Shown here: positions 49,370 to 57,740 of the stretch, piece by piece
Numbering within the stretch: position 1 is the stretch's first letter
Layout of the letters: every line of letters begins with the position of its first letter
DNA from: Candidatus Iainarchaeum sp.
GTDB taxonomy: Archaea; Iainarchaeota; Iainarchaeia; Iainarchaeales; JAAZKV01
Length of the DNA: 64,000 nt
Direction: 5' to 3'
Assembly: GCA_026397015.1 (NCBI GenBank)
Contig: JAPLVR010000003.1
Coordinates: forward strand, 192,001 to 256,000
Program-made: the position numbers and the translations under genes
Notes under the pieces: model-generated
Database searches by the model: none
Seen by the model: the letters and a program-made list of their open reading frames with translations, nothing else
What the model was told of the DNA's origin: nothing

Positions 49370-49765
49370 ATGAAGCTTTCAATGGATGAAATTCGTTTGA
49401 TGAACGCGCTTGAAAAAATTTCGGGGGCTAACGCAAAGGACTGCCTCGTTTCAGACGGCATGGTTTCGTTTCTTGTAAACGAAAGGGATGTCGGGAAGGC
49501 GATTGGAAAGAAAGCCTCCAATGCCAGGGCACTCGAAGAAAGCGTCAAAAAAAGAATTGAAATAATCGGCTTTCAGGAAAATCCTGAAGAGATGGTGAAA
49601 AAGGCGCTCGAAATAGAAACGATAGGGGCAAGAAAGGACTCTGAGAAAATTGTAATAAGATTGGATTCGATGAACAAAAGAAAATTGCTCAAAAAAAGCG
49701 CAAAGCTGAAGAGGGTAAGGGAATTCATAAAAAGAAATTTTAACTTGAATTTAACGGTAAATTAA
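49370..49765 (+). CDS. nusA: Archaeal NusA (KH domains)
   Basis: AKDC, VGKAIGKK; conserved position between L30e and S12. Confidence 0.85.
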   Translation: MKLSMDEIRLMNALEKISGANAKDCLVSDGMVSFLVNERDVGKAIGKKASNARALEESVKKRIEIIGFQENPEEMVKKALEIETIGARKDSEKIVIRLDSMNKRKLLKKSAKLKRVREFIKRNFNLNLTVN

Positions 49766-49835
49766 GATAGGTTAAAATAGTATTGTTACAAGAGAAATTA
49801 TGAGGATAAGAGAGTAAAAATTACAAGTGATTTTA

Positions 49836-50267
49836 ATGGGAAGAGGGGAGTTCGCAGCACTGAGCCTCGAGAAAAAGAGGAAAAAGTGGAAGAGAAAGGA
49901 CGGAAGGCATGCCAGAAAAATGAAGGCAAAGAACCGCGAATTTGACGACCTGCTGGAAGGAGCGCCGCAGGGAAGAGGAATCGTATTAGAAAAAAGAGGG
50001 GTAACGGCAAAGCAGCCCCACTCCGGAATAAGAAAATGCGTAAGGGTTCAGCTCATTAAAAACGGAAAACAGTTGACCGCATTGGCGCCAAGAGACGGGG
50101 CAATAAAATTTATTGACGAACATGACGAAGTAACTGTAAGCGGACTGGGGGGAGCGCAAGGCGGGCCTTCAGGAGACCTTTGGGGGGTAAAGTACAAAGT
50201 AACGCACGTGAACGGAATAAGCCTCGAAATGCTTAGGACAGGAAGAAAGGAGAAAGTAAAAAGGTAA
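49836..50267 (+). CDS. rps12: 30S ribosomal protein S12
   Basis: [28 protein letters not shown]. Confidence 0.97.
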   Translation: MGRGEFAALSLEKKRKKWKRKDGRHARKMKAKNREFDDLLEGAPQGRGIVLEKRGVTAKQPHSGIRKCVRVQLIKNGKQLTALAPRDGAIKFIDEHDEVTVSGLGGAQGGPSGDLWGVKYKVTHVNGISLEMLRTGRKEKVKR

Positions 50268-50555
50268 AAGCAAAAAAACTAAAAAAAATCAAAATGAAAT
50301 TAAGATAAAAGTAAATTAAGAAGAGAAAAAGTAAAATAGAACAAGGTAAAAAAATTAAAATAAAAGTAAATTAAAAAAAGAAAAATTAAAATAGAATAAG
50401 GCAAAATAAAGTAAAAAAATTGAAACTTAAAAAAGGAAAAATAAAATAAGTCATAAAAAAACAAATCTGGAAAAAATGAAAAATAATAATTAAAAAAATA
50501 AAGCAAAAAAAAATGGAAAAAGCAAATCTGAAAAAAACATAATGAAAAATAATAC
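50268..50555. repeat. A-rich low-complexity spacer with ~55-bp imperfect tandem duplication
   Basis: 50298-50351 and 50353-50406 are near copies; CAAATCTG..AAAAA..ATGAAAAATAATA occurs twice. Confidence 0.7.
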
Positions 50556-50570
50556 TTGGAATGTGGTAAT

Positions 50571-51419
50571 ATGGGCGCGGAAAAAGAAGAAAAAAAAGAA
50601 AAACAGGCAAAGGAAAAAGAACCTTCGGCGAAACCGGTGAAAGAAATGAAACCAGAAGTTAAGGCTGAGGTTCAGAAAACTGCGCCGCAGGAACACAAAC
50701 TTAATGCAAAGACACCGCAGGAAAACAAACCACGTGCCGAGCATTTGGCGGAAAAACAGTTCGCCGTTAATCCGGCGCCGAAAATTTTGGTGCCACAGAG
50801 AAAAAATCTTTTCCCTGAAAACAAGGTTTTCAACAGATGGTCATTCAATGACGTCAGAATAACTGATTTGGGCTTGGCAAGATACATATGCCTCGATTCA
50901 ATGATTCTGCCGCATTCTTTCGGAAGAAAGACCGGCGGAAAATTCGGGAAATCAAAAATTAATCTCGTTGAGAGGCTGGTAAACAAAGTTATGCGCTCGG
51001 GCCAGGGAAAAAGAAAACTCAGCGGAAAATTTATCAGAGGAAGGGGAAGCTGCGGAAAAAAAATGCAGGCAATGAGAATAGTCGAGGGAGCTTTTGAAAT
51101 AGTTGAAAAGAAAACAGGAAAAAATCCTGTTCAGGTGCTTGTTACCGCTATTGAAAACACTGCTCCGAGAGAAGACGTTACAAGAATAAAGAGAGGAGGA
51201 GTTCCGTACACCGTTGCAGTAGATGTTTCGCCGCAGATAAGGCTCGATGAAGCACTAAAAAACATCGCACTGGCCGGATTTGGAAATTCTTTCAACAAAA
51301 AAGTGAGCGCTGCGGAAGCCCTTGCGGAAGAAATGGTTGCGGCTTCGACCAACGACACGAAAAGCAGCGCGGCAAAGAGAAGGGATGAAATCGAGAGAAT
51401 CGCGAAGGCCTCAAGATAA
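50571..51419 (+). CDS. rps7: 30S ribosomal protein S7 with N-terminal extension
   Basis: VERLVNKVM, NPVQVLV.AIEN.APRE, AVDVSP, RDEIERIAKASR. Confidence 0.95.
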   Translation: MGAEKEEKKEKQAKEKEPSAKPVKEMKPEVKAEVQKTAPQEHKLNAKTPQENKPRAEHLAEKQFAVNPAPKILVPQRKNLFPENKVFNRWSFNDVRITDLGLARYICLDSMILPHSFGRKTGGKFGKSKINLVERLVNKVMRSGQGKRKLSGKFIRGRGSCGKKMQAMRIVEGAFEIVEKKTGKNPVQVLVTAIENTAPREDVTRIKRGGVPYTVAVDVSPQIRLDEALKNIALAGFGNSFNKKVSAAEALAEEMVAASTNDTKSSAAKRRDEIERIAKASR

Positions 51420-51456
51420 AAAAAAGTTCCCGATTATTTTATTTTTTGGTGGTACG

Positions 51457-53649
51457 GTGGGAAGACAGGAAGACATGGCTTTGCTTGTTGAGAAGCTGAT
51501 GAGCTCGAGGGAAAATATCAGGAACATCGGCACTGTCGCACACATCGACCACGGAAAAACAACGCTAAGTGACACGCTAATTGCTGCTGCAGGGCTAATT
51601 AACCCTGAACTTTCGGGAAAAGTCCAGCTGATGGATTACGAGGACCAGGAGCAGGACAGGGGAATAACTATAAATGCGGCGAACATTTCAATGGCTTTTG
51701 ATTATGATGGAAAGAAAAATCTGGTTAATTTGATTGACACACCAGGGCACGTGGATTTTACAGGAGAAGTTATAAGGGCGATGAGGGCGGTTGACGGTGT
51801 AATACTTGTGGTGGATGCAGTCGAGGGAGTGATGCCGCAGACGGAAACTGTGATAAGGCAGGCGCTGAGGGAATATGTGAAGCCGGTGCTGTTCATCAAC
51901 AAAGTGGACAGGATAATAAAAGAATTGAACGCGACGCAGGAACAGATGCAGGAAAAATTTGTAAAAGTAATTGCACAGGTAAACATGCTGATTGAGAGGA
52001 ACGCACCTGCGCAATTTAAAGAAAAATGGAAAGTTAGGATAGAGGACGGCTCTGTTTCCTTCGGTTCGGCTAAGAGAAAGTGGGGGGTTTCGGTTCCTTA
52101 CATAAAAAAGACCGGAATAACGTTGAAGGATACTTATAATTATTTGAGGGAGGACAAGCAGGATGAGCTTGCAAAAAAGAGCCCTGTGAGCGAAGTGGTT
52201 CTGCAAATGGTTGTGGACCACCTTCCGAGCCCAATAGAAGCGCAGAAATACAGGATACAAAAAATATGGGGAGGCGATAGGGAAACAGAAGTTGGTAAGG
52301 CAATGGAATCATGCGACCCGAACGGACCGCTTTCAATGGTTATTACTGATGTGAGCGTTGACCCTCACGCGGGGGATGTTGCAACCGGAAGGATTTATTC
52401 AGGAACAATAAAAAACGGGGGCTTGGTTGTGCTGACGGGCTCGAAGAAGGAAATAAAGATACAAAAAGTCGGAATCTTCATGAGCAACGATTTTTTGACA
52501 ATCTCGAAGGCGCAAGCGGGAAACATTGCGGCGCTCGTCGGAATAAAGGATATTTATGCTGGCGAAACGGTTTCAACCCATGAAATGAAGCCCTTTGAAA
52601 GTTTCATGAGCAGGGTTGAACCGGTAATGACGATCGCAATTGAAGCAAAAAATCCGAAGGACCTTCCGAAACTTATCGAAGTGCTGAGAAAACTGGCGAA
52701 AGAGGATCCCAACCTAAGAGCGACAATAAACCAGGAAACGGGCGAGCATCTTCTTTCAGGAATGGGAGAGCTTCACCTGGAAGTAAATGTTTACAGGATT
52801 ACGACTACGAACAAAGTTCCTGTTCAGACGTCTGCGCCGATTGTGGTTTATCACGAAGCGATTAATGGAACGAGCCAGACTCTTGAAACAAAGAGCCCGA
52901 ACAAGCACAACAAATTCAAGATGAGGGCGCTTCCGCTGGACAAAAAAATTTTTGACAATTTAATCGAAGCAAAAATCGAGGGAAAATTAAAATTGAAGCA
53001 CGCGGAAACGATTGCAAAACTGCAGGCGGCCGGCTTTGATACGGACACTTCGAAAAAGGTTTGGGCGATTAGTAACGGCTCTGTTTTGATTGATAGGTCA
53101 AGAGGGGTACAGGCGCTGCACGAAATAAGGGAACTTGTAATTGAAGGGTTCATGGACGCGATGGCGGAAGGGCCGCTGGCGAAAGAAAAGTGCCAGGGGG
53201 CAGTAATAGAACTCGAAGATGCAATACTTCACGAGGACTCAATTCACAGGGGACCGGCACAAGTATTGCCTGCAATTACACGCGGAATATTTGCAACAAT
53301 GCTGCAAGCTGGCGCGGTTCTCTTTGAACCGAAACAAATACTTTCAATTATGGTCCCTGAAAATTACATGGGCGCGGCTTCGCGAGAACTGGGGTCGAGA
53401 AGGGTGCAAATAACAGAAATGAGGACGGAAGGGGATTCGAGCGTTATTATTGGAAAGGCACCTGTGAAGGAATTGATTGGGTTCAGCAGCACAATGAGAA
53501 GCGCGACACAAGGAAGGGCCGTTTGGACGGCGGAGTATTACGGCTATGAAATGCTGCCGAAGGAATTGCAAGCAAGCACAATAAAAGAAATAAGAAAGAG
53601 AAAGGGAATGGACGAGGAAGTAAAGAGCTGGCAGTTCTTCGTCGACTAA
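51457..53649 (+). CDS. fusA: Elongation factor aEF-2
   Basis: AHIDHGKTT, DTPGHVDF, NKVD, diphthamide loop HEDSIHRG; GTG start after GGTGGT RBS. Confidence 0.97.
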   Translation: MGRQEDMALLVEKLMSSRENIRNIGTVAHIDHGKTTLSDTLIAAAGLINPELSGKVQLMDYEDQEQDRGITINAANISMAFDYDGKKNLVNLIDTPGHVDFTGEVIRAMRAVDGVILVVDAVEGVMPQTETVIRQALREYVKPVLFINKVDRIIKELNATQEQMQEKFVKVIAQVNMLIERNAPAQFKEKWKVRIEDGSVSFGSAKRKWGVSVPYIKKTGITLKDTYNYLREDKQDELAKKSPVSEVVLQMVVDHLPSPIEAQKYRIQKIWGGDRETEVGKAMESCDPNGPLSMVITDVSVDPHAGDVATGRIYSGTIKNGGLVVLTGSKKEIKIQKVGIFMSNDFLTISKAQAGNIAALVGIKDIYAGETVSTHEMKPFESFMSRVEPVMTIAIEAKNPKDLPKLIEVLRKLAKEDPNLRATINQETGEHLLSGMGELHLEVNVYRITTTNKVPVQTSAPIVVYHEAINGTSQTLETKSPNKHNKFKMRALPLDKKIFDNLIEAKIEGKLKLKHAETIAKLQAAGFDTDTSKKVWAISNGSVLIDRSRGVQALHEIRELVIEGFMDAMAEGPLAKEKCQGAVIELEDAILHEDSIHRGPAQVLPAITRGIFATMLQAGAVLFEPKQILSIMVPENYMGAASRELGSRRVQITEMRTEGDSSVIIGKAPVKELIGFSSTMRSATQGRAVWTAEYYGYEMLPKELQASTIKEIRKRKGMDEEVKSWQFFVD

Positions 53650-53702
53650 TTAAATCGAGTAGTAAAACATGGTTGAAATTGCGAAGCGTGACAAAACAGT
53701 TG

Positions 53703-53825
53703 TTTTGCCACGGTCTTTTTTTCGAAAAAAGGGCACTCCTGCGAAGCAGACAGTTTTTCGCCAGCCTTTTTCGTAAAAAGGCTGATGTGAAGCATTTTTT
53801 CGCCGGCCTTTTGCTAAAAGGCCGG
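53703..53825 (+). repeat. REP-like cluster: one degenerate and two intact palindromes with GAA mini-hairpin spacers
   Basis: 53755-53784 CAGCCTTTTT-CGT-AAAAAGGCTG; 53797-53825 CGGCCTTTT-GCT-AAAAGGCCG; spacer CTGCGAAGCAG. Confidence 0.85.
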
Positions 53826-53937
53826 GGGCAAGTATTTAAAAGGTTTCTTTAAAGGAATAGTAATATAGTTTTGCTGCGCAACTGGTGGGCGCGGCCGCAA
53901 CGATAAAATTTGGAATTTTTATTCGGAGGAATGTAAG

Positions 53938-55206
53938 ATGGCTGAAAAAAGTCTGATGAACATAGTTTTTATTGGTCACGTGGACCATGGTAAATCCACT
54001 TTAATCGGAAGATTGCTTTATGACGGTGGAGCTCTTTCAGAACAGGAATACAGAAAATTGGAAGCGGAAGCGAAGGAAAGGGGAAAGGGAACATTCGCCT
54101 TTGCATACGCAATGGACAAACTGAAAGAAGAAAGAGAAAGGGGAGTAACAATTGACGTTTCATACAGGAAGTTCGAGGCGAAGAAAAACACTTTCACAAT
54201 AATTGACGCGCCCGGACACAGGGACTTCGTAAAGAACATGATAACGGGAACTTCACAGGCGGATGCTGCAGTATTGGTAGTCGCCGCAAAAGAAGGCGTT
54301 CAGCCGCAGACAAAGGAGCACGCGTTCCTCGCCCAGGTAATGGGGATAAAACAATTAGTCGTTGTAATAAACAAAATGGACGAAGTGAATTATGAAGAGG
54401 CAAAATTCAACACTGTAAGCGCCGAAGTGGTAAAATTGCTGACAGGCGTTGGATACAAAGCTGATAACCTGAAAGTTGTTCCGGTTTCGGCTTGGAAAGG
54501 AGACAATGTAGTAAAAGCTACTAATAATCTAAAATGGTTCAAGGGAAAAACACTTTTGGATACGCTTGATGATTTGAAGGCGCCTCCATCACCGACAGAC
54601 AAACCGTTGAGGCTGCCGATACAGGACGTTTACAATATAAAAGGAATTGGAGCGATTCCTGTTGGAAGAATTGAAACCGGAATAATGAAGCCCGGCGACC
54701 AAATAATAGTAATGCCTTCGAAGAAAACCGGGGAAGTGAAAACAATCGAAGAGCATCACGAACAGCTGAGCCAGGGAGGTCCGGGAAACAACGTCGGTTT
54801 CAGCGTAAGAGGATTGAGCAAGGATGACTTGAACAGGGGAGATGTTGTTGGGCCGGTAAGCAAACCGCCGACGGTTGCAAAATCGTTCATCGGGCAGATA
54901 GTTGTGTTGAATCACCCTACTGCAATACCTGTGAATTACACGCCAGTGTTCCATGTCCATACTGCACAGATGTCAATGAGACTTGCTGAACTGCAGAAGA
55001 AACTGGACCCTAAAACGGGCGCTGTTGTGGAACTGAATCCAAAGTTCCTGAAAACCGGCGATGCGGCAATCGTAAAGATTGTTCCGTCAAAGCCGCTCTG
55101 TATTGAAAAATACTCTGAGTTCCCTCAATTGGGAAGGTTCGCAATCAGGGATATGGGTCAAACTGTTGCGGCGGGAATCGTTCTTGACATTGAAAAGGCG
55201 GAATAA
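53938..55206 (+). CDS. tuf: Elongation factor aEF-1alpha
   Basis: [30 protein letters not shown]. Confidence 0.98.
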   Translation: MAEKSLMNIVFIGHVDHGKSTLIGRLLYDGGALSEQEYRKLEAEAKERGKGTFAFAYAMDKLKEERERGVTIDVSYRKFEAKKNTFTIIDAPGHRDFVKNMITGTSQADAAVLVVAAKEGVQPQTKEHAFLAQVMGIKQLVVVINKMDEVNYEEAKFNTVSAEVVKLLTGVGYKADNLKVVPVSAWKGDNVVKATNNLKWFKGKTLLDTLDDLKAPPSPTDKPLRLPIQDVYNIKGIGAIPVGRIETGIMKPGDQIIVMPSKKTGEVKTIEEHHEQLSQGGPGNNVGFSVRGLSKDDLNRGDVVGPVSKPPTVAKSFIGQIVVLNHPTAIPVNYTPVFHVHTAQMSMRLAELQKKLDPKTGAVVELNPKFLKTGDAAIVKIVPSKPLCIEKYSEFPQLGRFAIRDMGQTVAAGIVLDIEKAE

Positions 55207-55217
55207 TCCCGTAGGGA

Positions 55218-55293
55218 TTTTCGCAGGCCTTTGAAAAAGCTGGCAAAAGTTTTTCGCGAAAGTTTTTCGCCAGCCTTTTTCGCAAAAAGGCTG
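55218..55293 (+). repeat. REP-like cluster (degenerate/inverted part plus intact copy 55264-55293)
   Basis: TTTTCGC-CAGCCTTTTT-CGC-AAAAAGGCTG. Confidence 0.85.
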
Positions 55294-55360
55294 TGGGGGA
55301 GAGAGTTTTTTCTTTCTTCCAGCCATTGTTTTTATTTCAAATGGAAAGTAGGCGACAAAG

Positions 55361-55666
55361 ATGCAGACAGCACGAATAAAGCTTTCGAGCACTAATTACG
55401 GAACGCTGGAAGAAATTTGCAACAAAATAATAGATGTCGCCGAAAGAACCGGGGCAAAACACTCCGGAAAAATTCCTTTGCCGACAAAAAAATTAATTGT
55501 TCCCACTAGAAAGGGGCCTTCCGGCGGAGGAACTGAAAGTTATGAACACTGGCAGATGAGGATACACAAAAGGATGATTGACATACAAGCGGATGAAAGA
55601 ACTTTGAAAAGAGTAATGAGAGTTGAGATACCTGAAGATGTCCATCTTGAAATTGAATTGAAATAA
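55361..55666 (+). CDS. rps10: 30S ribosomal protein S10
   Basis: GKIPLPTKKL..PTRK.P.G.G, WQMRIHKR. Confidence 0.97.
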   Translation: MQTARIKLSSTNYGTLEEICNKIIDVAERTGAKHSGKIPLPTKKLIVPTRKGPSGGGTESYEHWQMRIHKRMIDIQADERTLKRVMRVEIPEDVHLEIELK

Positions 55667-55703
55667 GCTTTCTTTTTTTAATTGATTCGTGCCTAATTCG
55701 TCT

Positions 55704-56126
55704 ATGTTCGAGCTGTTTGAGCACAAGGCGGATATCGGTGTGCGCGGAATCGGCGAAACGAAAGAAGGGGCTTTTGCCGAATGCGCAAAAGCGCTTTTTG
55801 AAATAATGTGCGACACGAAAAAAGTAATTCCCTCGCAAAAAACCGAAATAATTGTTTCTTCAAACAAATTGGACGAACTACTTGTAGAATTTCTTAACGA
55901 ATTGCTGTATTTGAAAGACACCGAAAGAATGCTTTTCTCAAAATTCGAAATAAAAATAAAAAAAGTCGGAAAAAAATTCGGGCTGGAGGGAATCGCGTTC
56001 GGGGAAAAAATTGACGCAAAAAGGCACGAATTGAAAACGGAGGCGAAGGCGGCGAGCTACTCGCAACTGCTTGTTGAAAAAAACAAAAATGGAAAATGGA
56101 CGGCGCAGTGCATTGTTGATGTTTAA
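55704..56126 (+). CDS. Archease
   Basis: EHKADIG, FLNELLY, KAASY, C-terminal VDV; adjacent to rtcB. Confidence 0.92.
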   Translation: MFELFEHKADIGVRGIGETKEGAFAECAKALFEIMCDTKKVIPSQKTEIIVSSNKLDELLVEFLNELLYLKDTERMLFSKFEIKIKKVGKKFGLEGIAFGEKIDAKRHELKTEAKAASYSQLLVEKNKNGKWTAQCIVDV

Positions 56127-56151
56127 AAAAATGGTTGAAAAAGTGAAAAAA

Positions 56152-57603
56152 ATGGGTGAAATAAAAAAAATCAGCGAATTCATTTACGAAGTTCCGAAGG
56201 AGGGAAATATGCGTGTTCCTGGCAGAATTTACGGAAATGAAAACACCATCGCCGCGCTCAACGATGAATTCCAAAAAAACCCGAACTGGAATTCATTACA
56301 GCAAATGGAAAACGGTGCGGGGTTACCCGGAATTCAAAAATATTTATTTGCCTTGGCCGATGTGCACTGTGGGTACGGACTGCCGATTGGTTCGGTTTTT
56401 GCAGCAGATCCAAATGAGGGGGTAATCACCTTTGGCGGTATCGGTTTTGACATCAACTGCGGCGTGCATTCGCTGATTGTTCCTCTTAAAGCAAGCGAGG
56501 TGGAGAAAAAAAAGAAAGAAATCGCGGAGCAACTGTTCAGGGATGTTCCTGCGGGGCTCGGGAGCAAGGGAAACTTGGAATTGGGGAGCGGGGAGTTGGA
56601 TGAAGTGATGGAGAAGGGCGCCGAGTTTGTGGTGGAAAGAGGGTGCGGGAGAAGGGAGGAATTAAAATTCATTGAAGAAAACGGGTGCGTGAATGGCGCG
56701 GATCCGAAAAATGTTTCGGAGAAGGCGAAGCAAAGGGCGCTGAGGCAAATCGGAACGCTGGGCTCGGGAAACCATTACTGCGAAATCCAGGAAATTGAAA
56801 AAATATTTGATGAAGAGGCGGCAGAAGCGTTTGGGCTTGAAAAGGAAGGAGTTTTAGTTAGCATCCACTGCGGCTCGCGCGCTCTCGGACACCAAATCGG
56901 AACTGATTACCTTTCAATTTTGGCAGAGGCTTCGAGGAAATACAAAATAAATATTCCCGACAGGGAGCTGGTTTGCGCGCCGATTGAAAGCGAAGAAGGG
57001 CAGGATTTTTTTTCGGCTGTAAAATGCGGAATGAACGCCGCGTTTGCGAACAGGCAGGCGATTGCTTCGCTGGTTCGCAGAAGCTTTGCAAAAGTTTTCG
57101 GAATTTCTGAGGCGGAAGTAAAAACTCTCTATGATGTGGGGCACAATACCGCGAAAATGGAGAGGCACAAGGTGAATGGGAAAATGAAGGAGCTGTTAGT
57201 GCAAAGGAAGGGGTCGACGAGAGGATTCGGGCCGGATAGGGGAGAAGTTCCTTCGAAGTATAGGAAAGTCGGGCAGCCGGTTATTGTGGGCGGAACGATG
57301 GGAACGCATTCATTTATTTTGAAAGGAACGGAAAAAGCGATGGAGGAAACTTTCGGAAGCACGATTCATGGCGCGGGGAGGGCAATGTCAAGGACGCGGG
57401 CTTTAAAAATGTGGACTGGGTCGCAGATGGTTCAGGAGCTGGAAAAAAAAGGAATCCTGATAAAGGCAAAATCGCTGAAGGGGCTGCCGGAGGAGGCGCC
57501 GCTCGCGTATAAGGACGTGGAAGAGGTTGTGAACATAATGCACAAGGCGGGAATTTCAACAAAGGTTGCGATGGTTAAGCCGATGGTTTGCGTGAAGGGG
57601 TAG
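56152..57603 (+). CDS. rtcB: RNA-splicing ligase RtcB
   Basis: DVHCGYGLPIG, GFDINCG, GTLGSGNH, HCGSR, HGAGR; alternative start 56131. Confidence 0.96.
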   Translation: MGEIKKISEFIYEVPKEGNMRVPGRIYGNENTIAALNDEFQKNPNWNSLQQMENGAGLPGIQKYLFALADVHCGYGLPIGSVFAADPNEGVITFGGIGFDINCGVHSLIVPLKASEVEKKKKEIAEQLFRDVPAGLGSKGNLELGSGELDEVMEKGAEFVVERGCGRREELKFIEENGCVNGADPKNVSEKAKQRALRQIGTLGSGNHYCEIQEIEKIFDEEAAEAFGLEKEGVLVSIHCGSRALGHQIGTDYLSILAEASRKYKINIPDRELVCAPIESEEGQDFFSAVKCGMNAAFANRQAIASLVRRSFAKVFGISEAEVKTLYDVGHNTAKMERHKVNGKMKELLVQRKGSTRGFGPDRGEVPSKYRKVGQPVIVGGTMGTHSFILKGTEKAMEETFGSTIHGAGRAMSRTRALKMWTGSQMVQELEKKGILIKAKSLKGLPEEAPLAYKDVEEVVNIMHKAGISTKVAMVKPMVCVKG

Positions 57604-57740
57604 AGAAATATGGACAAAAAGAGCATTGAAGAGTTTGCGCCTAAATTGATGGAAAATAATAATTTTGAGTGCAACTTAATTTTAGATGAAAGGCGAAGAA
57701 AAAAGGAACTAATATATACCTGTTCACGCCTTTATTAACT

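Noticed and set aside
50300-50744. Phe-rich minus-strand ORFs as membrane proteins
   Set aside because: Artefacts of the poly-A low-complexity plus strand.
51322-51456. N-terminal extension on EF-2, and similar ORF-track extensions at 1577, 2809, 30013 and 56071
   Set aside because: They overlap upstream genes or promoters; better starts with RBS/TATA lie downstream.
57610-57738. 42-codon ORF after rtcB
   Set aside because: No recognisable motif, and it runs through the probable promoter of the next gene.
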